Source: a virus. From it: a stretch of DNA of 17,293 bases. Both the position numbers and the translations under genes were made by a program. Shown here piece after piece: positions 1-10,151 of the stretch. The notes below the pieces were generated by a model that saw only the letters and a program-made list of their open reading frames with translations, did not search any database and had not been told where the DNA came from. Positions within the stretch are counted from its first letter, which is position 1; each line of letters begins with the position of its first letter. The DNA lies in UHGV virus genome UHGV-0371215; one strand, written 5' to 3'.

Positions 1-489
1 CAGTACACCGCGTGCGCGGGAGGCACGCACCAGCGCCTCATAAACGGTTTCTGAATGGTCCAGCGTGAAGCCGGGAAAAGCTGCCGAACTTTCCTTATCG
101 GAAAGCTCCCAGCGAACGGTAACGCCATAAGGAGCGCACAGGTCACGCGCAATCTGCTCCAGTGTGCGGTTTTTCCACTGTCCGCCACTGTAAACGGCAG
201 CACAGTCAATCAGGTCAGCCGTTTTATCACGTCCGGCGACAGTGATTTTCATACTGTCAGCGGTCATCTGGCGTCGCCGTGAATCGATATAACCGGTGCA
301 GACAATCTGCCCCCCGATTTCGAGCGTGAACATCTTCCCCGGTGCCAGCCCGGATAAATCCGTGCCCGGTGGCACGTTCACCCCCAGCTCAAAATATCCG
401 GCTACGGATTCAATCGAGCGGGTGACAGAGACTGACGTCCAGCCGGTAAAAAGCCTGCCATCCGTTCGCAGCGTGACGGTATTACTCAT
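1..489 (-). CDS. P: Baseplate/tail protein, Mu gpP-like (P2 gpD late control D family); 5' part only, ORF runs off the window start
   Basis: ATG at 489-487 overlaps the upstream gene's stop (482-484); my translation of the reverse strand ([17 protein letters not shown]...) is open for all 163 codons to position 1. Not in the ORF track because it is truncated. Position directly after the N-like gene matches Mu order. Confidence 0.75.
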   Translation of the reverse strand, partial: MSNTVTLRTDGRLFTGWTSVSVTRSIESVAGYFELGVNVPPGTDLSGLAPGKMFTLEIGGQIVCTGYIDSRRRQMTADSMKITVAGRDKTADLIDCAAVYSGGQWKNRTLEQIARDLCAPYGVTVRWELSDKESSAAFPGFTLDHSETVYEALVRASRARGVL

Positions 490-1969
490 TAATCACCTCA
501 ATACTGACGCCACCGGGAACAAACAACGGGTTGCTGATACCGTTCCTGCGGGCCAGCCGTTGCCAGTTCCGGCTGTTTCCTGTGTAACGGTACAGGGCCA
601 CCATTGCAGGCATCGTCTCCGGCAGACGGTGCGTTTCACTGCCCGCCAGTTGCAGCCCGCGTTTTTCCAGGTCGGCAACAACCAGCAGACGCAGTTGCGT
701 AAGCTGAACGCTGTCTGTCGAAAAGCCCTGCTCAGATGCCGTCAGAATGACGGTATCCAGTGCAGCCCCCAGCATGGCGGCTGTTTTTCCGATATCGGAC
801 ACACTTTCAAATACCGGGGGCGTGGCTGTACCACTGTCTGAAAAGGATACCGTTGAAAAGCCACCGTCCGGGGTTATGGCAGTTAACTGTAACTGTCCCT
901 GTGTGACGGTAGCCGATGTGCTGCTGGCCCCGCTGGCTCTGCCGGTTGTGGTGGACGGAGCATCCAGTACAGGTGCACGGGCGGCATTATCCATCCGGCG
1001 ACTGAAATCCAGTGCCGCAGTCAGTGCCTGGCTGGCAGCTTCTGCCCGGTATGTCTGGGCTGCTGCCAGCATGACGTAGTTCAGTGTGGCAATATTTTTT
1101 TCTGCAACCGGACTGTTGTACGAGGTTGTGATTGCCCCCTGTCTGCCTGCGGTGGCGGCATGGCGACGTTCGAATCGCTGCGCCAGACGGTTCCAGGTGG
1201 AAAATGCTGTCCGGGTATCGCATAACGATGAAACGCCGGACAGCGCCCCCAGCAGCGAAGAGGCCAGCATGGCAGGCTTGTTAATCAGGCGGGTCACAGA
1301 GCCTTTCATTGCAGAAAGCGAACCCATCAGACCGCTGACAGTCTGCATAATACCCAGATTGTCCACCGCATCACTGATATCATCGATGACACCGGTTACG
1401 GCATCCATCACGGCGGTGGCCGCCGCAGTGCCATCTTTTACGGTCTGCCAGACAGAGGACAGCGTATCTCCAAGAGAACCGGTTACAGCAACGGCCTGTG
1501 CCGGTACGGCTGCACTGGTGTCTGTTTCTGCATCCGGGGCAGTATCCTGCAACGACGGGTAAACGGTAACGGTGAACGCGTAATAATTCAGTTCATCTGC
1601 TTTAGTGCGGCATTCCCATGAATCCACCATAACGTCCACAGTGCCGAAATCAGGATGTACCAGCTCACCGCTACCCGGAGCATCAAGTGCATCCATCAGC
1701 GCCTCCGCGTCATCTCTGGCGGTTTCTGCATTACTGTTCAGAATGCAGGCGCTGAATGTACGGGAGCGAAGTTTTTTCCCCAGGTCATTGACGCCGCCGG
1801 TATCACGTAACGGGTACTCGCGTTTAACCAGGCGACGTCCGCCAGCCTGTTTTTGCTCCTCGATGACGAGAAACGGCACGTTACGGAACGTGCCTTTGCC
1901 GGTTGTTTTCTTACCACCGCTGATTTTATCCCGGACAGCATTAACGGCATTTAAAGCATCTTCAAACAT
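482..1969 (-). CDS. N: DNA circulation protein, Mu gpN-like tail protein
   Basis: 495-aa ORF, ATG at 1969-1967, four nt after the tape-measure stop; sits between tape measure and P as in Mu. Confidence 0.8.
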   Translation of the reverse strand: MFEDALNAVNAVRDKISGGKKTTGKGTFRNVPFLVIEEQKQAGGRRLVKREYPLRDTGGVNDLGKKLRSRTFSACILNSNAETARDDAEALMDALDAPGSGELVHPDFGTVDVMVDSWECRTKADELNYYAFTVTVYPSLQDTAPDAETDTSAAVPAQAVAVTGSLGDTLSSVWQTVKDGTAAATAVMDAVTGVIDDISDAVDNLGIMQTVSGLMGSLSAMKGSVTRLINKPAMLASSLLGALSGVSSLCDTRTAFSTWNRLAQRFERRHAATAGRQGAITTSYNSPVAEKNIATLNYVMLAAAQTYRAEAASQALTAALDFSRRMDNAARAPVLDAPSTTTGRASGASSTSATVTQGQLQLTAITPDGGFSTVSFSDSGTATPPVFESVSDIGKTAAMLGAALDTVILTASEQGFSTDSVQLTQLRLLVVADLEKRGLQLAGSETHRLPETMPAMVALYRYTGNSRNWQRLARRNGISNPLFVPGGVSIEVINE

Positions 1970-1973
1970 GGTT

Positions 1974-4079
1974 TTACCAGCCCGTAATGTAGTTATCGCC
2001 CGCGTAAATATTCAGCCCCATACCATCTTCGGTGACGCGGGAACTGGTCAGACGTAACCCCTCGCCAAGTTCGACACGCAGCGAGGCTTCCGCATTGACT
2101 TTTTGCTCCTGCGGTTCCTTATCCGGGGCCGTCCACTTCTGATACAGGTCAGTTACAAAACCGCCCAGATATTCCCCGGCGACACTGCCCAGCGTGGCAC
2201 CGGCAACCGTACCCAGTGGTCCGGCAAGGCTGCCAACGGCACCGCCGAGCCATGCACCGGCTGTACTGCCAATGGCCCCGGCTTTTTCATGGACTGACGC
2301 CTGCTCATCCATCAGAACAGGGGCAAGCTGGAGTGCCCCCATTACCGGGCCACCCAGACGAGACAGCGCACGACCGGCACCTTTCCCCATCCAGCCCAGC
2401 GCCCCGGCACCTTTTGTCATAACCCGACCGATCGCACTGCCTGCAAGTTTGTTTCCGATACCGGAAAACCACCCGCCAGCGGCACGCCCGGCATCAGCCA
2501 GCTTTCCGACCGTTCCCGTAACCAGTTGTCCGGCAGCACTGCCTGCAAGCCTGCTCAGAAGACCGGATTGGCCGGGTAAAGGTAATGGGGCAGGCCGTGC
2601 TGTTACCGGTACGCCGGGAGGGGGTAATGCCGGTAATGCCTGTGGTTTTGGTGCCGGTAATGCAGGAACAGAGCGTGGTGCAGGTAATGCCGGCGGCTGT
2701 GGCCCGGACAGCAATAACGGCTGGCGGGGTAACAGCGGGGCCATTCTTCCGCCGCTCCGTACGCGACGACCGCCGCCACTCCCGTAGCCACCAAATCCAC
2801 GGGGCCAGTTGATGACAAACACACGCTGAATGCCGATACCCTGCAACAGCGTCTCAGACGTCATGGCATCCGGGACCGGCAGTGCTGCCTGCCCACGTTT
2901 GCGGTTTCGCATCCAGCGCCACATACGACGCCCGGTTTTAAACGGATAACTGGCAACCTGCCATGAGGGTTTTGCCACGGCCCAGCCTGCTCTCAGGGCT
3001 TTATTGGCAAGCCAGACAGACACCAGAACAGCAGCCAGTTTTTTCAGGCTGACAATATTCTGGTCAACCCATGCCAGCGCATCTTTACCCGGTTTCAGCC
3101 AGCGCCATAATTCCTGCGCCGCGATTTTTACCGTTCTGAACGTGGTCAGAAATTTCTGACCAATGTTTTCTGCCAGTGCGTCAAGTTCCCCGGATTTATC
3201 CGCCATGTCGTGCCAGTTAAGCACCCGGCGCATCTCGTTCTTGATTTCTTCAAAGGGGCCGCTGTTTGCCACCTTCGTGCGAAACTCAAGCAGGTTGCCC
3301 TCCATCTGGGCCATCATCCCGTCCCAGGAGTTCATGGCAGCCGCCTGTGCGCCTTTTGACTGCTCCAGCAGGGTCCGGAATACCGTCAGAATGGATTTCA
3401 GGCCCAGCTTGCCTTTTTCACCCAGCTTACGGATTTTTTTCTCATCCTCACCCGTTGCATCTGCCAGCACCTTGTAAACGTTGATACCGTAACCGGTCAG
3501 CAGGTTGGCGTCCGCCGCCGTGATTTGCTGGCGGGCAAACATCTGTTTGAACTGTAACGATGCACCCTGTGCAGTGGGTAAATCCCAGCCATGCATCGCG
3601 CCCTGATTCTGTAGCATGGTGATGAACTGTTTTACCTGGGCATCAGTCATGCCAAACGCAGTTGATGTGCGGATCTCCTGCAGAACACCACCCAGCCCCC
3701 AGGTGGTTTCTTTTGCGTTCTGCTTCGCCCACGCCATCATGGCCTGTGCTCTGGCCTTATCGCCGTGATAGAGCGAGTTCATGGCGATAATCTGCTGCTC
3801 ACGCTGAGCGGCTGCACCAATAAACAGTTTATTGGCGGTGTAACCCACGCCAGCGATACCCAGCGCCCCGGCTGACAGCATTCGGAATGTACGGGTTGAC
3901 AGTGAACCCATTCTGTCAATGGCACCAGAAACGCGCACAACCTCCATACGCAGGGCACGAAGGGAACTTTGCCCGCTACGGGACAGGACGTTTATCTGGT
4001 TCGAATACTGGCGGGAACGCCGGGAAAGATTGCCATTAAGATCAATAATGACAGACGCCTTTAAGCGTTTCCCGGTCAT
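1974..4079 (-). CDS. Tail tape measure protein
   Basis: 701-aa ORF with an AGGAAA Shine-Dalgarno 7 nt upstream of ATG 4079; internal hydrophobic segment, Pro/Ala-rich linker (ALPAP repeats) and Gly-rich C-terminal region; position after tube and chaperone genes. Confidence 0.85.
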   Translation of the reverse strand: MTGKRLKASVIIDLNGNLSRRSRQYSNQINVLSRSGQSSLRALRMEVVRVSGAIDRMGSLSTRTFRMLSAGALGIAGVGYTANKLFIGAAAQREQQIIAMNSLYHGDKARAQAMMAWAKQNAKETTWGLGGVLQEIRTSTAFGMTDAQVKQFITMLQNQGAMHGWDLPTAQGASLQFKQMFARQQITAADANLLTGYGINVYKVLADATGEDEKKIRKLGEKGKLGLKSILTVFRTLLEQSKGAQAAAMNSWDGMMAQMEGNLLEFRTKVANSGPFEEIKNEMRRVLNWHDMADKSGELDALAENIGQKFLTTFRTVKIAAQELWRWLKPGKDALAWVDQNIVSLKKLAAVLVSVWLANKALRAGWAVAKPSWQVASYPFKTGRRMWRWMRNRKRGQAALPVPDAMTSETLLQGIGIQRVFVINWPRGFGGYGSGGGRRVRSGGRMAPLLPRQPLLLSGPQPPALPAPRSVPALPAPKPQALPALPPPGVPVTARPAPLPLPGQSGLLSRLAGSAAGQLVTGTVGKLADAGRAAGGWFSGIGNKLAGSAIGRVMTKGAGALGWMGKGAGRALSRLGGPVMGALQLAPVLMDEQASVHEKAGAIGSTAGAWLGGAVGSLAGPLGTVAGATLGSVAGEYLGGFVTDLYQKWTAPDKEPQEQKVNAEASLRVELGEGLRLTSSRVTEDGMGLNIYAGDNYITGW
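2575..2700. repeat. Short imperfect tandem repeats (ggtaatgcc units) inside the tape measure gene, encoding Ala-Leu-Pro repeats
   Basis: ggtaatgcc at 2623-2631 and 2632-2640, with ggtaatgc again at 2656-2663 and 2683-2690; the reverse complement GCATTACC(G) encodes the ALPAP-type repeats seen in the protein. Confidence 0.5.
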
Positions 4080-4093
4080 AGATATTTCCTGAT

Positions 4094-4261
4094 TTAACGG
4101 TGATATTGAGAGAGGGTTTTAGCCTGCTGGCAGTGCCGGAAAAAGCGGGACAGCGGGAGAGACAAGGCCCATTCCGGGCCACTTTTCAGAATAACGCCAA
4201 TCGCTGTCGCCGCTTTCTCAATATCATTCCGGCACCGCAGCCACTCGCCCCCGTTCTTGTG
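4094..4261 (-). CDS. Possible frameshift extension of the tail assembly chaperone (alternate frame bridging chaperone and tape measure genes)
   Basis: The +1 frame relative to the chaperone opens at a TGA (4264-4262) 12 codons before the chaperone stop and stays open for 55 codons without any start codon, ending at TAA 4096-4094, 15 nt before the tape-measure ATG. Confidence 0.35.
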   Translation of the reverse strand, partial: HKNGGEWLRCRNDIEKAATAIGVILKSGPEWALSLPLSRFFRHCQQAKTLSQYHR

Positions 4262-4658
4262 TCAGCGATGCCGCCACAGCCATGTCGTACATTTCTGTGG
4301 CCAGCGACAGACGCTGGAAGTCATCGACAGACAGTTTACGAATCAGCGCCATCGACAACGGGCCTTTGATGCAGCCCACGCTGGCAATCTGTCGGCGCAG
4401 CATTTCCAGTCCCATCCGGGACGGGGAACTGACCAGCACCGGACCTTCCTTGCTCATTACCAGCTTTTCAGCAGCCGCCTGTGCATCAATCATATCGCCT
4501 GCGGTCAGTTCACGCAGCGTCACGTCATACTGCATTTCAGTCTCGTCACCGGTGCCGAACGGCAGGCCGTCTTTCAGTTTCAGCACGCCGGACTGAATTT
4601 CTGCCACAATGCTGTCATGCAGTTCCTGTGCTTCAGGACCTAAATTCATTTCGTCCAT
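4224..4658 (-). CDS. Tail assembly chaperone-like protein (Mu gp41-like)
   Basis: 144-aa acidic ORF between the tube and tape measure genes, the conserved position of myovirus tail chaperones. Confidence 0.7.
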   Translation of the reverse strand: MDEMNLGPEAQELHDSIVAEIQSGVLKLKDGLPFGTGDETEMQYDVTLRELTAGDMIDAQAAAEKLVMSKEGPVLVSSPSRMGLEMLRRQIASVGCIKGPLSMALIRKLSVDDFQRLSLATEMYDMAVAASLTQERGRVAAVPE

Positions 4659-4667
4659 TGTTTCCCC

Positions 4668-5024
4668 TTATGCAATGCGTTTGCTTTGTTTTGCCATCAG
4701 TACCAGCGAAATTTCGCCGCCGTCGTTTTTCGGTTCATCTGCCTGCCAGGCATTCGCCATCATCCAGGTTTCACCGGTGTCTGCCTGAAACTCTGCCGTG
4801 ATGTTTTCCCAGCCGATGATTTCATCCAGACCGATATCACCACCGCCCGGAATTTTGCATTCCAGCTTTGCGGCACGTGGTTTACCTTTCCAGCCATAAA
4901 CCCGCGAGCCGGTCACTTCTTCACGGGTGATGCCGGAAGGCGTGAAGGAGGCCCCTTCCATCGTTTCAAGCTCCATGCCATTGACACGGATGAACGCCAC
5001 CCCCTGACGCTGATTTCCAGCCAT
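4668..5024 (-). CDS. M: Tail tube protein (Mu gpM-like)
   Basis: 118-aa ORF starting 9 nt after the sheath gene stop; size and position typical of Mu-type tube proteins. Confidence 0.8.
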   Translation of the reverse strand: MAGNQRQGVAFIRVNGMELETMEGASFTPSGITREEVTGSRVYGWKGKPRAAKLECKIPGGGDIGLDEIIGWENITAEFQADTGETWMMANAWQADEPKNDGGEISLVLMAKQSKRIA

Positions 5025-5033
5025 AAATGCTCC

Positions 5034-6521
5034 TTACAGAATGAACTGAACTTGTGCCGCGAAAATGCGGAACTGGTTAATCAGATTCGGGCCGCACAGC
5101 ACATCAAGACGGTCTTTGTCGTCCTTGTTACGTGCCACATACAGCTCCTCTTTGAACGTGTCGAAATCCTCGACCAGTCCGGCGTTTTCCCATTCTTCAA
5201 ACAGTGCCAGCAGCTCCGTTTTGATCACGGATGGCGTCACCACGGCCTGACCGGTGGCAAAGCGGGTGCCATCACTTGCCAGCTTGTGGTTCGGGAATTT
5301 CTGCGTGATGCGGGTTCGCAGCGAATAACGCAGATAACTCAGCGTGGCGATGGTATTCACGTTCAGATAAGACGGATCACTGTCACCGTACTTGTTTGTG
5401 CGGTACATCGTGATCATGCGTTCAATCTGCATTTCACCACCATCATTCACGTTAAACGTGGAGATGCCGTCAAACAGCAGCGCATTACGTTCTGACCAGG
5501 TGAAACGATCCCCCACCGCAGGCGGCATTCTTCCGGGCAACGTCAGCGTCTGGAGAGGACGCGCCGGGTCGATGGAAAGCGCCTGGCTGGCAACGGCACA
5601 CAGTGTGGCGGCGTACAGATATGACGGTTCCGGTGCACCGGCAATCCCCATACAGGAAATCAGATGGTCATTACGACTGACACCAAACGTGGAAATATCC
5701 CCATACGTGCCGGACAGCACTGTCACGGCAAAGCCATCAGCCTGATTGACCGGTCCCCAGCGTTCCTGCAATTCAGTGCGTAACAGATTCAGGTTCGGTT
5801 CATCGGTATAGGGCATCACAATATATTTGTATTGCAGATCGCCCATTCCCGCGATACTTGCGCTGATATCCGGGTTGCTGTTTTTCCCGGATGCGGCTTT
5901 GAATGCCGTGATAATCCCGTAAGGGGTGGTTTCACCCGCGTAATAGTTCCAGCGCACGTCCACGGCAGATAATGCACCTGTAAATTTTGCACTCAGAACC
6001 ACATCTGCATGGGTGTCATCATCCCCGCTGTCTGCGCGAACTTCTGCCGTCACCGGTAAATCCGGCTGACCTTTGATTCGGGCAACCAGCAGGTCAGCCA
6101 GCGCCGCTCCCGTTGCACCTGCTGCGACAGATACCGCCAGTCGCTGACCGGCAATGTAAGTCACAAGCGAGCCGTTTTCGCCTGCTGTTCCTGACAGTGA
6201 AATTTCACCGACAGCAGCATTACCGGTGCCGTTCCCCTGCGGAATACACCACAGCTCCGCCACGCGGTTAGCGTTCAGGAATGCATCTGCCATCAGTGCC
6301 AGCATGGAACCCTGACCAAACGCCGCACTGGCCTGTGAGCCGGAACGGATACGGACAGGCACGTTCGGTGTGGCACTGGCTTTACTTCCGCTTTGCCCGA
6401 ACATCAGCACGCGCTGACGGGGTGCCGGTGTTCCGCTGACGGCATTACTGTTATCAAATTCGATATACGTCAGAGGAACGCGAACATCTGACGGGATCGC
6501 GTTAAATGAAATATCGCTCAT
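5034..6521 (-). CDS. L: Tail sheath protein (Mu gpL-like)
   Basis: 495-aa ORF; ATG at 6521-6519 overlaps the upstream stop in an ATGA junction; N-terminus [24 protein letters not shown] is sheath-like. Confidence 0.85.
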   Translation of the reverse strand: MSDISFNAIPSDVRVPLTYIEFDNSNAVSGTPAPRQRVLMFGQSGSKASATPNVPVRIRSGSQASAAFGQGSMLALMADAFLNANRVAELWCIPQGNGTGNAAVGEISLSGTAGENGSLVTYIAGQRLAVSVAAGATGAALADLLVARIKGQPDLPVTAEVRADSGDDDTHADVVLSAKFTGALSAVDVRWNYYAGETTPYGIITAFKAASGKNSNPDISASIAGMGDLQYKYIVMPYTDEPNLNLLRTELQERWGPVNQADGFAVTVLSGTYGDISTFGVSRNDHLISCMGIAGAPEPSYLYAATLCAVASQALSIDPARPLQTLTLPGRMPPAVGDRFTWSERNALLFDGISTFNVNDGGEMQIERMITMYRTNKYGDSDPSYLNVNTIATLSYLRYSLRTRITQKFPNHKLASDGTRFATGQAVVTPSVIKTELLALFEEWENAGLVEDFDTFKEELYVARNKDDKDRLDVLCGPNLINQFRIFAAQVQFIL

Positions 6522-6724
6522 TTCGATTTACTCCGTTTTTTCGGCGCAGCGTCTGTGTCATCCGCCGTGTTTTCGGTGCTCCCGATTTCAACCACATCAC
6601 CGGCGGCAAGACGGCGTATCCAGAAACTGTTACGGGGCTTTTCTTCCCCCTCTGACGCCAGTAGTTTCATCGTGAACGGGTCACGAATGGCTTTACCCTC
6701 TGCGGGTTTAATTTTCAGCATCAT
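6518..6724 (-). CDS. Small Mu gp38-like protein (DUF2635-type), basic C-terminus
   Basis: 68-aa ORF wedged between the gp37-like gene and the sheath gene with overlapping junctions; Lys-rich tail. Confidence 0.65.
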   Translation of the reverse strand: MMLKIKPAEGKAIRDPFTMKLLASEGEEKPRNSFWIRRLAAGDVVEIGSTENTADDTDAAPKKRSKSK

Positions 6725-7253
6725 GATTTTCCTGATTCACATTGATATGTGCGGCAAATTCCGGGGTTTCGTCCGGGAATCTCCAGGTCTGCCAGTGACG
6801 CTCGTAATCATCCAGCGAATCCATGTCCACCACGGACGGCAGCGGGGTAGTGCCACTGAACAGAACGCCGTAAAGCACCACACCGGCATTGATACGGTTG
6901 TCGTCACAAAGATTTCTGACCTGCGTCAGTCTCATCCCGGTGGTCGGGCCAAACGTCTGACCGTTAACACCGGCAATCAGTCGCTCCACAATCTGATAAA
7001 TACCGGGCCGGTTTACCGGTTCCCCGTTCAGCAACTCCGCCACGACAAAAAATGCCCAGCGGCTTTCAACTTCCCGACGTGTACGCCCCTCACCACAGCC
7101 CATCCATGCCAGAAATACCGATGGCGGGGCCAGAAAGAGACGGTGCACATCCTCGTTAGTCCATGTGCCGGTAAGGGGTTCCACCTGCCGCAGGGTTGCC
7201 CCAAACAACTCACGAACGCGCGCCAGCAGTGCGGCTTCGGTTTCTTCCAGCAT
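6708..7253 (-). CDS. Mu gp37-like protein (DUF1834-type), probable head-tail joining/completion protein
   Basis: 181-aa ORF; 1-nt overlap with upstream gene; conserved position in Mu-like clusters. Confidence 0.7.
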   Translation of the reverse strand: MLEETEAALLARVRELFGATLRQVEPLTGTWTNEDVHRLFLAPPSVFLAWMGCGEGRTRREVESRWAFFVVAELLNGEPVNRPGIYQIVERLIAGVNGQTFGPTTGMRLTQVRNLCDDNRINAGVVLYGVLFSGTTPLPSVVDMDSLDDYERHWQTWRFPDETPEFAAHINVNQENHDAEN

Positions 7254-7678
7254 CAGATAAACCCCTTCTGTTTTCGTAAAAAAACAGGTGGATCAGACCG
7301 AACCTGCACAAGATCCTCTCCCTCCGGCGAGGCTGCCGTCCTGCTTTCCACACCGGGATCTGTTTTGCCATCGCGCACCTGTTCCAGCCAGCGCACTGTG
7401 TCCCTGTAGGCAGCGGTGATCTGCTCGGTGGGTTGTGATTCATTCAGATAAAACCAGGCCACCACGCAACACTGCCGTTTCAGCAGTGAGGGGACGACGG
7501 TAAGCGGCAGAACAAAGCGCGCGGCGAGATAGCCATCAATAAAGGCCGAGGCATCTGCCAGTGCCTGTTCTGCCACGGCATCATCCGGCTGCCCGTCCGC
7601 TGTTTTAGGGCGGGTGAGAATATCCAGCCGCGTTCGTGTATAGCGGGCGCACAGGTCATTTACCGTCGCGTAATTCAT
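7253..7678 (-). CDS. Mu gp36-like protein (DUF1320-type), probable head completion protein
   Basis: 141-aa ORF; ATGA overlap with the upstream gene at 7675-7678. Confidence 0.7.
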   Translation of the reverse strand: MNYATVNDLCARYTRTRLDILTRPKTADGQPDDAVAEQALADASAFIDGYLAARFVLPLTVVPSLLKRQCCVVAWFYLNESQPTEQITAAYRDTVRWLEQVRDGKTDPGVESRTAASPEGEDLVQVRSDPPVFLRKQKGFI

Positions 7679-8085
7679 GCATCCGCCTCAGCCAGCGCCG
7701 CTTTGATTTGCGCACTGCTTACCGGTTCCCCCAGCGCCGCACTGACGGCTTTCACTTTGGGTTCCCCCCCTGCGGTAAAGTGCTCCGGGTTTGCCTTATC
7801 CAGACCGGCAACGGTCGCACGGATACGGGTATTCAGATCGCCCACACCCAGAACGTCCAGCCCCCCAGCCTCAGCGAGCGTTTCTGCTGACGATGCAGAT
7901 ACCACAGACAGCACGCTGTCGGCACGAATGATCGCCAGTTGTTCTTCGGTGACTTCCACGGTGTTTTCGCCACGTGTAAAGGCGATTCCGGCGCGGCGGT
8001 AAACCGGACGAAGGCATTTAATAATCGCCGTGCAAGTGATGCGAGAAGTGTCCAGCCGTTGTGAATTAAGCGAAGTGCCTGACAT
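7675..8085 (-). CDS. Mu gp35-like small head protein (FluMu HI1506-like)
   Basis: 136-aa ORF with a strong Shine-Dalgarno (AAGGAGGAG) upstream of ATG 8085-8083; immediately downstream of the major capsid gene. Confidence 0.65.
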   Translation of the reverse strand: MSGTSLNSQRLDTSRITCTAIIKCLRPVYRRAGIAFTRGENTVEVTEEQLAIIRADSVLSVVSASSAETLAEAGGLDVLGVGDLNTRIRATVAGLDKANPEHFTAGGEPKVKAVSAALGEPVSSAQIKAALAEADA

Positions 8086-8119
8086 AACACATGCTCCTCC
8101 TTTTCCTTTAAATCAGGTT

Positions 8120-8143
8120 AAAAGGCGGTCTGAACCGCCTTTT
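8120..8143 (-). terminator. Terminator-like hairpin between major capsid gene and downstream head genes
   Basis: Transcript reads AAAAGGCGG-UUCAGA-CCGCCUUUU, a 9-bp stem (5 G/C pairs flanked by an A4/U4 tract) 9 nt after the T stop codon. Probably a partial terminator or mRNA-stabilising hairpin. Confidence 0.5.
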
Positions 8144-8151
8144 AATGACGG

Positions 8152-9069
8152 TTACAGGTAGTCAGCGACAACCAGTTGCAGCTTGCCCTTCATCTCGTTG
8201 GAGACAGTGGTATTGCCATCCGCGAACAGTTCACGGTTAAGCAGTTGCTCTGCGGCTTTTTCCAGCCCGACCGGTACAACGATATGTGTCGGCTTCAGGC
8301 CCAGCTTCTTACCGCCATCACCTTCAAACGCACGCATCAGTTGCCAGCCCTTCCAGAGGTTATCCAGCGTCAGATCACCTTTTACCGCAACAGCCATCTG
8401 CCAGAAGCCGTAACCGGCAGCACGGCGGGCGCTGGCACCAAACAGGAACTCGTTATCCATAAAAACGTGGTCGTCATCGATACGGGTACGTGCGACCAGT
8501 TCCGGTTTGCGGCGCTCCTGGAAAATCAGCGGTTTGACTGCGCGGGAGCAGTCCAGCAGATAGAACGGCAGACCGCTGAAGCTGTCCTGCTCAACGATGT
8601 TGGAGGTATTAACCGCGCTGCCCGTGCCGTCCACATTCGGATATACCGGATGCTCCTTGTCGAAGAAGTTCTGACCGTCATAGCACGGCTGGGTAAAGCC
8701 ATCTTTCAGAAGTTTAAAAATCAGCTCATCCGGCTGAACTGCCGCAGAACGGCCCATCTCCTGAAAAATCGGCGCATAAATACCCAGATTGTCATCCTCG
8801 AAGTCATCACGGGAAATACCAACGGTGCCTTCAAACGTTTTATTGGTGATGGAGTAGCCATGCGCTGCCATTTGCTGAATGGTTCGCTTACCCACCCATT
8901 CTTTCAGGGTCGGGAATTTACCCAGCCAGCCATAGGTATTACTGCGGGTGGAAGAGTTCACCACCATTGCAATTTTGTTGTACTGCGACGGGGCGTCTTC
9001 AAGACCGCCCTGAAAATCCTTACGCCAGGAGGTCATCAGGGCTTTAATGGATGCCGGGGTGACAATCAT
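8152..9069 (-). CDS. T: Major capsid protein (Mu gpT-like)
   Basis: 305-aa ORF, ATGA overlap with the I stop (9066-9069); followed by a stem-loop as is common for highly expressed capsid genes. Confidence 0.85.
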   Translation of the reverse strand: MIVTPASIKALMTSWRKDFQGGLEDAPSQYNKIAMVVNSSTRSNTYGWLGKFPTLKEWVGKRTIQQMAAHGYSITNKTFEGTVGISRDDFEDDNLGIYAPIFQEMGRSAAVQPDELIFKLLKDGFTQPCYDGQNFFDKEHPVYPNVDGTGSAVNTSNIVEQDSFSGLPFYLLDCSRAVKPLIFQERRKPELVARTRIDDDHVFMDNEFLFGASARRAAGYGFWQMAVAVKGDLTLDNLWKGWQLMRAFEGDGGKKLGLKPTHIVVPVGLEKAAEQLLNRELFADGNTTVSNEMKGKLQLVVADYL

Positions 9070-9617
9070 TTTTCTTGTTCCTGTTTCATTTTCAGATACT
9101 CAGCCTCTGTAATGCCGAGCGCCTTCACTGCTGCCTGTTCATCAGCAGACAGCACCGCCACCGCCGTTTTTTCCTGCGACGGGATTTTCGCTGTGGTGGT
9201 CTGCATGGCAGATAACGCAGCGATGGGCTGTTTTTTCTCAAGCTGTGCCGACAGTGCCGCCACGCCAATCTGACCGCCAAGCTGTTCCAGGTAAGTGCGT
9301 TCGCTTCTGAAAATGCGGCCCTCCTGTTCCGCCTTGTCCAGAACGGCGCTCAGGCTGGCGGTGGCGCTTTGTGCAGTCGCCTGTGCCAGTTCATCACGCA
9401 GGGCGTTGTAGCTTTCCACCGGGACGTATTTCGTCAGGTCAACGGCGGCTTTCTGTGCCTTTTCCAGTTCGGCAGACAACGCGGCCACTTTTCCGGCATT
9501 ACTTTCCAGCATGTCCAGCGCGGTCAGTGCCGCTGTTGCCTGTTCATCGGTGATGTCTGCATTTTCGGGGACCGTCACCCCAAGACGCGCAAGCAGCCTG
9601 CGCAGCGTTTCATTCAT
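9066..9617 (-). CDS. Z: Nested in-frame scaffold protein (Mu gpZ-like), from an internal start of I
   Basis: In-frame ATG at 9617-9615 (Met179 of I) preceded by AGGAGA 8 nt upstream; the downstream 183 residues are the coiled-coil-like part of I. Confidence 0.45.
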   Translation of the reverse strand: MNETLRRLLARLGVTVPENADITDEQATAALTALDMLESNAGKVAALSAELEKAQKAAVDLTKYVPVESYNALRDELAQATAQSATASLSAVLDKAEQEGRIFRSERTYLEQLGGQIGVAALSAQLEKKQPIAALSAMQTTTAKIPSQEKTAVAVLSADEQAAVKALGITEAEYLKMKQEQEK

Positions 9618-10151
9618 GGGTTTATTCTCCTGTTGAAGGATGTCGGGAAGGTCTGCCGCCAGTGCGGTCAGCTTTTTCATGCCGGTGGCACCGGGGTCAT
9701 TGGTCAGCGCAGCAAGGCGGATTTGCAGCACCGCACCGGTGGCGGTGTCATACGGAAAAACCGCAGAGAGATAACCAAATTCGCCGTCATCGATGCGCTG
9801 CTGTGCCGCCGCCGTCCAGCGTGGGTGGATAAATAATCCTTCACCTTCACGCCACTGCATTTCATCGGCGTTAAACCAGCCAGCCGCGACGAGTTGTTCC
9901 GGGGGTAATCCTTTGTCCTTACGTAGCTGGTTATGCTCGTAATCAATCAGCACGTCCTGGTTGAGCGCGCGAACGCCTTCAACCAGACGCCCGGCAATCT
10001 CACCGTCGATGAACCACCCCTGACCGCCTGTCACATCAAACGGACGACCATCACGGGCACTGAAATGACCGGCAGGCAATAGCTGGCACCAGCCGTCATC
10101 GTCAATGGACAGCGCACTCAGTGCGGCAATGCCAATCGCGTGTTTTTTCAT
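9066..10151 (-). CDS. I: Head maturation protease / scaffold (Mu gpI-like)
   Basis: 361-aa ORF; globular N-terminal half and Ala/Gln/Glu-rich predicted coiled-coil C-terminal half; position between G and T as in Mu. Confidence 0.85.
   Translation of the reverse strand: MKKHAIGIAALSALSIDDDGWCQLLPAGHFSARDGRPFDVTGGQGWFIDGEIAGRLVEGVRALNQDVLIDYEHNQLRKDKGLPPEQLVAAGWFNADEMQWREGEGLFIHPRWTAAAQQRIDDGEFGYLSAVFPYDTATGAVLQIRLAALTNDPGATGMKKLTALAADLPDILQQENKPMNETLRRLLARLGVTVPENADITDEQATAALTALDMLESNAGKVAALSAELEKAQKAAVDLTKYVPVESYNALRDELAQATAQSATASLSAVLDKAEQEGRIFRSERTYLEQLGGQIGVAALSAQLEKKQPIAALSAMQTTTAKIPSQEKTAVAVLSADEQAAVKALGITEAEYLKMKQEQEK

Noticed and set aside
55-282. 75-aa plus-strand ORF at the left edge
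   Set aside because: Lies entirely within, and antisense to, the truncated baseplate P-like gene.
2194-2787. Pro/Ala/Gly-rich plus-strand ORF of 197 aa
   Set aside because: Mirror-strand artefact of the repeat region of the tape measure gene on the opposite strand.
4094-4264. Classical -1 frameshift between chaperone and tape measure
   Set aside because: The -1 frame relative to the chaperone hits a stop within about 20 codons; only the +1/-2 frame is open across the gap.
8176-9273. 365-aa plus-strand ORF
   Set aside because: Antisense to the capsid and protease genes; low-complexity Cys/Arg-rich translation and no ribosome-binding context. The same applies to other long plus-strand ORFs (4686-5495, 6555-7409, 16246-17121, 296-841).
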